Positions 53,027-64,000 of a stretch of 64,000 bases of DNA are shown piece after piece. The translations under genes and the position numbers were made by a program. This DNA is from the human T2T-CHM13v2.0 reference genome, Homo sapiens, in the NCBI RefSeq assembly GCF_009914755.1, contig NC_060932.1; one strand, written 5' to 3'. The first letter of the stretch is position 1; every line of letters starts with the position of its first letter. Under the pieces are notes generated by a model. That model made no database searches. It had not been told where the DNA came from and worked only from the letters and a program-made list of their open reading frames with translations.

Positions 53027-55281
53027 TAATATGGTTTGGCTCTGTGTCCCCACCCAAATCTTATCTTTTAGGTCCCACAATTCCCACGTGTTGTGGGAAG
53101 TGCCTGGTAAGAGATGATTGAAACAGGGGGGCAGGTTTTTCCCATGCTCTTCTCATGGTAGTGAATGGGTCTCAGAAGATCTGATGGTTTTAAAAATGGG
53201 AGTTTCTATGCACAAGCTCTTTTTTTTGCCTGCCGCCATCCATGTAAGATGTGACTTGCTCCTCCTTGCCTTTTGTTATGGCTGTGAGCTCTCCCCAGCC
53301 ATGTGGAACTGTGAGTCCAATTAAACCTCCTTCTTTTGTAAATTGTCCAGTCTGGAGTATGTCTTTATCAGCAGCGTGACAACAGACTAATACAGTAAAT
53401 TGGTACCAGTGGAGTGGAACGTTGCTGAAAAAATACCTGAAAATGTGGAAGCAACTTTGTAACTGGGTAACAGGAAGAAGTTGGAACAGTTTGGAGGGCC
53501 CAGAAGAAGACAGGAAAATATGGGAAAGTTTGGAACTTCCTACAGACTTGTTGAATGGCTTTGACAAAAATGCTCATAGTGATGTGAACAATAAGGTCCA
53601 CGCTGATGTGGTCTCAGATGATGAGGAACTTGTTGGGAACTGGAACAAATGTGACTCTTGTTATGTTTTAGCAAAGAGACTGGCAGCATTTTGCCCATGC
53701 CTTAGAGGTTTGTGGAACTTTAAACTTGAGAGATGATTTATGGTATCTGGCAGAATAAATTTTTAAGCAGCAAAGCATTCAAGAGGTGACTTGGGTGCTG
53801 TTAAAGACATTCAGTTTTATAAGGGAAACAGAGAATAAAAGTTTGGAAAATTTGCAGCCTGACAATGCAATAGAAATGAAAATCCCATTTTTCTGAGGAG
53901 AAATTAAAGCTGGCTGCAGAAATTTGCACAAGTAACGAGGAGCCAAACATTAATCACCAAGACAATGGAGAAAATGTCTCCAGGGAATGTCAGAGGTCTT
54001 CACAGCAGCCCCTCCTGTCATGGGCCTGGAGGCCTAGGAGGAAAAATTGTTTTTCTGGGCAGGGCCCAGGGTCCTCATGCTGTGTGCAGCCTAGGAACTT
54101 GGTGCCCTGTGTCCCAGCTGCTCCAGCTGTTGCTGAAAGGGGTCAACATGGTGCTTGGGCTGTGGCTTCAGAGGTTGCAAGCCTCCAGCTTTGGCAGCTT
54201 CCATGTGGTATTGAGCCTGTGATACACAGAAGTCAAGAATTGAGGATTGGGAACCTGAACCTAGATTTCAGAAGGTGTATGGAAATGCCTGGATGCCCAA
54301 GCAGAAATTTGCCATAGGGGCAGTGTCCTCATGGAGAACCTCTGCTGGGGCAGTGCAGAAGAAAAATGTGGAATGGGATCCCCCACACAGAGTTCCTACT
54401 GGGGCACTGCCTAGTGGACTTGTGAGAAGAGGGTCACTGTCCTATAGACCCCCAGAATGGTAGATCCACCGATAGCTTGCAACATGTGTCTGGAAAAGCT
54501 GCAGGTATTCAATGCCAGCCCATGAAGGCAGCCAGGAGGGAGGCTGTACCCTCCAAAGCCACAGGGATGGAGCTGCCCAAGACTACAGGAACCCACCTCT
54601 TGCATAAGTGTGACCTGGATGTGAGATATGGAGTCAAAGGAGATCATTTTGGAACTTCAAGATTTGACTGCCCCACTGGATTTTGGACTTGCATGGGGCC
54701 TGTAGCCCCTTTTTTTGGGCCAACTTCTTCCATTTGGAATGGCAGTATTTATTCAATGCCTGTACCCCCATTGTATCTAGAATGTAACTAACTTGCTTTT
54801 GATTTTACAGGCTCATAGGCAGAAGGGACTTTCCTTGTCTTGGGAAGGCCTGGAAGGCATGGTTGGTTTTGAAATGTGAAGACATGAGATTTGAGAGGGG
54901 CCAGGGGTGCAATGATACAGTTTGGCTCTGTGTTCCCACCCAAATCTCATCTTATAGCTCTCATAATTGCCACGTATTGTGGGAGGGACACAGTGAGAGA
55001 AAACTGAATCATGGAGGCAGGTCTTTCCCACACTGTTCTCGTAAAAGTGAATGGGTTTCGTGAGATCCGATGGTTTTAAAAAAGGGAGTTTCTCCACACA
55101 AGCTCTGTTTTTGCCTGCTGTCATCCACGTAAGATATGACTTGTTTCTCCTTGCCTTCTGCTATGACTGTGAGGCCTCCCCAGCCACGTGGAACCGTGAG
55201 TTCAATTAAACCTCTTTTGTAAATTGCTTGATAAAGACCTCGTATATGTCTTTATCAGCAGTATGAAAATGAACTAATACA
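53027..55281 (+). mobile_element. Complete THE1A-like MaLR element: 5'LTR 53027-53394, internal 53395-54912, 3'LTR 54913-55281
   Basis: Two homologous LTRs ending ctaataca; internal begins gtaaattggtaccag and ends with purine tract gagaggggccagggg. Confidence 0.96.
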
Positions 55282-55555
55282 GTAATCTTAATTTTTTATT
55301 TTAAAAAATAGAACATACAGTCAAAGGTTTTAATATAAAAAGACTATTACCAGTTCTGTCTATAAGAAAACTTTGTAATTTGTTCCTTGACATAAAATCA
55401 CCAATTTTTCATATTTGTGTGTATAAATATATACAAATTATATAAACAAAATTAAAGCATTGAGTTGTTTAAAATTTTAAATACATTACATTTATTTAAA
55501 TAAAATAATGGTTATGTAGTATTAAGAAATAGGCAAAATTGCAAGGAGAGAGTAT

Positions 55556-55684
55556 TCTTTGTTTCTTAGAGACAGAGTCTCACTGTTTTGGCCAGGCTGG
55601 TCTCAAACTCCTGTCTTGAAGAAATCCTCCCACTTCAGGCTCCCAAAGTGCTGAGTTTATAGGTGTGAGCCACCACACCTGGCC
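55556..55684 (-). mobile_element. FLAM_C-like Alu monomer
   Basis: Single ~130-nt Alu arm; agtattcttt repeated on both sides. Confidence 0.85.
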
Positions 55685-56495
55685 TAGGGAGGAAGTATTC
55701 TTTATCCTTTTAACAAAATTTATTCATAGTATATTTTTTCTTAATATATAAGACAAAAAATATGCTTGAATTCTTCCTACACAATATTTTTTTTTTCACA
55801 AAGTAAAAACATAAAACAGTAATGTTCGCAGTAGTTAACAAGCTGACTCCAAAGCTATGTGAAAATATAAAAGAACAATAATAGTCAAAATGACTGAAAA
55901 AGAACAAAAAGGAATGACCTCACAACTGGATATCAAGGTTTACTATAAACCTACAGTAATAAAGATAGTAGTGACACAGGTATAAGGGTAGATATACAAA
56001 CCAGTGGGAAAGAATAGAGTCCAGAAATTAACCTATACTTAGTCAAATAATTTTCCACAAATATGCCAAAGTAATTCAATGAAGGCTAGTCTTTTCAACA
56101 AACTGGATATCTATATGTAAAAAAAAAAAAGATTTTCTAAACTTACTTCACAAAACATTAATTATAAGTAGATCTTAAGCTTACGTATAAGATCCAAAGA
56201 GAAAATTACAATGGAAATTAGAAAACATTCTAATTGCATAGTAATAAAAACACAATATGTTAAAATTCAATTACAGCAGAAAAAAATTATAGTTTCAAAT
56301 ACATTTTTACCTTACGAAATCCGGAAAAAAGGAGAAAATTAAACACAAAGTAATTAGAAAAAAAGAAAATAATAAAAATAGTGGAAATAAACAATAAACA
56401 AATAGAAAACAATAGTGAAAATCAACAAATCCAAAATGAGTCCATCGAAGGGATTAATACAACAGATAAAATAGATTAAAATAAAATAAAAATTA

Positions 56496-59400
56496 GGGAT
56501 TCCTGGGCAAGATGGCCAAATAGGAACAGCTCTGGTCTGCAGCTCCCAGCAAGACCAAGGCAAAAGATGGTGATTTCTGCATTTTCAACTGAGGTACCCA
56601 GTTAATTTCACTGGGACTGGTTAGAGAGTGGGTGTCGCCCGTGGAGGGTGAGCAAAAGCAGAGTGGGGTGTTGCCTCACCCAGGAAGCATAAGGAGTCAG
56701 AGAACTCCCTCCCCTAGACAAGGGAAGCTGTGAGGGAGAGTGCCATGAGGGATGGAGCTACCCAGCCCAGATACTTCTTTTTTTCCATGGTCTTCACAAC
56801 CCATAGACCAGGAGTTTCCCTCAGGTGGATCACCATTCCTCACCACCAAGGGAACAAAACTGGATGGAGAATGAGTTTGACAAATTGACAGAAGTAAGCT
56901 TCAGAAGGTGGGTAGTAACAAACTCCTCTGAGTTAAAGGAGCATGTTCTATCCCAATGCAAGGAACTTAAGAACCTTGATGAAAGGTTAGAGGAATTGCT
57001 AACTAGAATAATATGTTTAGAGAAGAACATAAATGACGTAATGGAGCTGGAAAACATAGCATGAGAACTTCATGAAGCATACACAAGTATCAATAGCTGA
57101 ATCGATCAAGGTGAAGAAAGGATATCAGAGATTGAAAATCAACTTAATGAAATAAAGCCTGAAGACAAGATTAGAGAAAAAAGAATGAAAAGGAAGGAAC
57201 AAATCCCTCCATGAAATATGGGACTAGATGAAAAGACCAAACATACGTTTGATTGGTGTACCTGAAAGTGACTGGGAAAATGGAACCAAGTAGGAAAACA
57301 CTCTTCAGGATATTATCCAGGAGAACTTCTCCAACCTAGCAAGACAGGCCAACATTCAAATTCAGAAAATACAGAGAACACCACAAAGATATTCCTTGAG
57401 AAAAGCAACCCCAAGACACATAATCGTCAGATTCACCAAGGTTGAAATGAAGAAAAAAATGTTAAGGGCAGTCAGAGAGAAAGATTGGGTTACCTACAAA
57501 GGGAAGTCCATCACACTAACAGTGGATCTCTCTGCAAAAACCCTACAAGCCAAAAGAGAGTGGGGGCCAATATTTAACATTCTTAAAGAAAAGAATTTTC
57601 AACCCAGAATTTCATATCCAGCCAAACTAAGCTTTATAAGCGAAGGAGAAATAAAATCCATTACAGATAAGGAAGTACTGAGGGAATTTGTCACCACCAG
57701 GCCTCCCTTACAAGAGCTCCTGAAGGAAGCACTAAACATAGAAAGGAAAAACCGGTACAAGCCACTGCAAAAGCAAACCAAAATGTAAAAACCATAAACA
57801 CTATGAAGAAACTGCATCAACTAATGGGCAAAATAACCAGCTAGCATAATGACAGGATCAAATTCACACATAACAATATTAACCTTTAATGTAAATGGAC
57901 TAAATGCCCCAATCAAAAGACACAGACTGGCAAATTAGATAAACAGTCAAGACCCATTGGTGCTGTATTCAGGAGACCCATCTCACGTGCAAAGACACAC
58001 ATAGGCTCAAAATAAAAGGATAGAGGGAGAATTACCAAGCAAATGGAAAGCAAAAAAAAAAAAAAAAAAAAAAAAAGCAGGGGTTGCAATCCTAGTCTCC
58101 AATAAAACAGATTTTAAACCAACAAAGATCAAAAGAGACAAAGAAGATCATTACAAAATGGTAAAAGAATCAAAGCAACAAGAAGAGCTAACTATCCTAA
58201 ATATATATACACCCAATACAGGAGCACCCAGATTCGGAAAGCAAGTTCTTAGAGACCTACAAAGAGACTTGACTTAGACTCCCACACAATAATAGTGGGA
58301 GAATTTAACACCCCACTGTCAATATTAGATAGATCAATGAGACAGAAAATTAGCAAGGATGTTCAGGACTTGAACTCAGCTCTGGATCAAGCAGACCTAA
58401 TAGACATCTACAGACCTCTCCACCTCAAATCACAGAATATACATTCTTCTCAGCACCATATCACACTAATTCTAAAACTGACCACATAATTGTAAGTAAA
58501 ACACTCCTCAGCAAATATAAAAAAATGGAAATTATAACAAACAGTATTTCAGGCCACAGTGCAATCAAATTAGAGCTCAGTATTAAGAAACTCACTCAAA
58601 ACCTCACAAATACATGGAAACGGAACAACTTGCTTCTGAATGAGTACTGGGTAAATAATGAAATGAAGGCAGAAATAAATATTTAGTCTTTGAAACCAAT
58701 GAGAACAAAGTTACAACATATCAGAATCCGTGGGACACAGCTGAAGCAGTGTTTGAGGGAAATTTATAGCACTAAATGACCACATCAAATAATGGGAAAG
58801 ATCTAAAATTGACACCCTAACATAACAATTTAAAGAACTAGAGAAGCAAGAGCAAACAAATTCAAAAGTTAGCAGAAGACAAGAAATAACTAAGATCAGA
58901 AGGAGACAGAGACACGAAAAACCCTTCAAAAATTAATGAATTCAGAAGCTGTTTTTTTGAAAAGATTAACAAAATTGATAGACTGCTAGACAGACTAATA
59001 AAGAAGAAAAGAGAAAAGAATCAAATAGACACAATAAAAATGATAAAGGAGAGATCACCACTGATCCCACAGAAATACTAACTACCATCAGAGAATAGTA
59101 TACAAACCACTATAAAGACATATGCACACGTATGTTTATTGTGGTGCTATTCACAATAGCAAAGACTTGGAGCCAACCCAAATGTCCATCAACGATAGAC
59201 TGGATTAAGAAAATGTGGCACTTATACACCATGGAATACTATGCAGCCATAAAAAAGGATGAGTTCATGTCCTTTGCAGGGACATGGATGAAGCTGGAAA
59301 TCATCATTCTCAGCAAACTATCACAAAGACGGAAAACCAAACACTGCATTTTCTCACTCATAGGTGGGAAATGTACAATGAGAACACTTGGACACAGGGC

Positions 59401-59609
59401 GGGGAACATCACACACCAGGGCCTGTTGGGGGGTCAGGGGCTCAGGGAGGGATAACATTAGGAGAAATGCCTAATGTAAATGATGAGTTGATGGATGCAG
59501 CAAACCAACATGGCACATGTATACCTATATATCAAACCTGCACGATATGTACGTATACCCTAGAACTTAAAGTATAATTTAAAAAACAACAAAAGAAAAC
59601 AACAAAAAA
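56496..59609 (+). mobile_element. L1PA6/7-like LINE-1 with both ends but two large internal deletions
   Basis: 5'UTR start (caagatggcc..aataggaacagctc). Jumps into ORF1 at 56828; ORF1 remnant (KATPRHIIVRF) ends 57788. ORF2 ATG at 57849; jump at ~59110 to the C-terminal YKD.CT.MF; then 3'UTR and A-rich tail. Confidence 0.95.
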
Positions 59610-59726
59610 ATTTAAAACCAATGATAAACTTTTGAAATGAAAATATCCCAATTGCTTATAGTTCTTTAAGTGTTTTCAATGGGACAAAAATTTTGGAAGA
59701 TGGCATCATTTATTTATTTATTTTTA

Positions 59727-60011
59727 AAAGTGAAAGTAAGTTTATTAAGAAAGTAAAGGAATAAAGAATGGCTACTCCATAGGCAGAGCAGCCCTGAGGG
59801 CTCTTGGTTGCCCAGTTTTATGGGTATTTCTTGATTATATGCCAACAAGGGGTAGATTATTCATGCCTCCCCTTTTTAGAGCATATAGGGTGACTTCCTG
59901 ACATTGACATGATGTTTGTAAACTGTCATGGCGCTGGTAGTACTATAGCAGTGAGGATGACCAAACGTCACTCTCATTGCCATCTTTATTTCAGTGGGTT
60001 TTAGCTTGTTG
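59727..60011 (-). mobile_element. MER51-like ERV1 LTR fragment
   Basis: aagtttattaagaaagtaaaggaataaagaatggctactccataggcagagcagcc...gtaaactgtcatggcgctgg; cut by the adjacent L1. Confidence 0.85.
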
Positions 60012-63444
<3,433 letters not shown>

Positions 63445-63446
63445 TT

Positions 63447-64000
63447 AAGAATTTTCAACCCAGAATTTCATATCCAGCCAAACTAAGCTTCATAAGTGAA
63501 GGAGAAATAAAATCCTTTACAGACGAGCAAATGCTGAGAGATTTTGTCACCACCAGACCTGCCTTACAAGAGCTCCTAAAGGAAGTACTAAACATGGAAA
63601 GAAACAACCGGCATCAACCACTGCAAAAACAGGCCAAATTGTAAAGACCATCAATGCTAGGAAGACACTGCATCAATTAATGGGCAAATAACCAGCAAAC
63701 ATCATAATGACAGGATCAAATTCACACATAACAATATTAGCCTTAAATGTAAATGGACTAAATGCCCCAATTAAAAGACACAGATTGGCAAATTGGATAA
63801 AGAATCAAGACCCATCAGTGTGCTATATTCAGGAGACCCATCTCACGTGCAAAGATGCACATAGACTCAAAAAAAAGGGATGCAGGGAGAATTACCAAGC
63901 AAATGGAAAGAAAAAAAAAAGCAGGGGTTGCAATCCTAGTCTCTGAAAAAGCAGGGGTTGCAATCCTAGTCTCTGATAAAACAGACTTTAAACCAACAAA
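63447..64000 (+). mobile_element. Inverted L1 segment (ORF1 C-terminus, spacer, ORF2 endonuclease N-terminus)
   Basis: aagaattttcaacccagaatttcatatcc; ORF1 stop 63644; ORF2 MTGSNSHITILALNVNGLN at 63707; runs off the window. Confidence 0.95.
63916..63975. repeat. Perfect 30-bp tandem duplication
   Basis: aaaaagcaggggttgcaatcctagtctctg x2. Confidence 0.97.

Noticed and set aside
53422-54791. ORFs of 60-104 aa
   Set aside because: Broken THE1 internal sequence

Overview
AT-rich, CpG-depleted primate genomic DNA. AluY-type elements point to a catarrhine/hominoid, probably human. The window is intergenic or deep intronic. I find no supportable host protein-coding exon, RNA gene, CpG island or prokaryote-type system. 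The longer ORFs mostly fall inside transposable elements and the rest look like chance ORFs. The recognisable content is a layered TE record: an ERV-L pol/dUTPase remnant (1-1665); solo LTRs (LTR28-, LTR27-, THE1-, MER77/68-, LTR33-, MER51-like); a complete THE1A LTR-int-LTR element; Tigger/hAT DNA transposons; many MIR/L2 fragments; eight Alus plus a FLAM; and a terminal L1PA cluster. That cluster holds one doubly deleted L1 and one L1 with a twin-priming-type inversion. The most notable items are a degraded CR1-clade LINE ORF2 remnant readable only in translation (about 35.2-36.05 kb), a homeodomain-motif-dense unique block (about 17.5-18 kb), a 19-bp-arm palindrome (23944-23987), a multi-level nested insertion (12-14.3 kb), and the rearranged L1s. 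Repeat subfamily names come from recalled consensus sequences and need RepeatMasker/Dfam confirmation. Boundaries of old repeats are approximate. I see no convincing evidence of a novel biological system.
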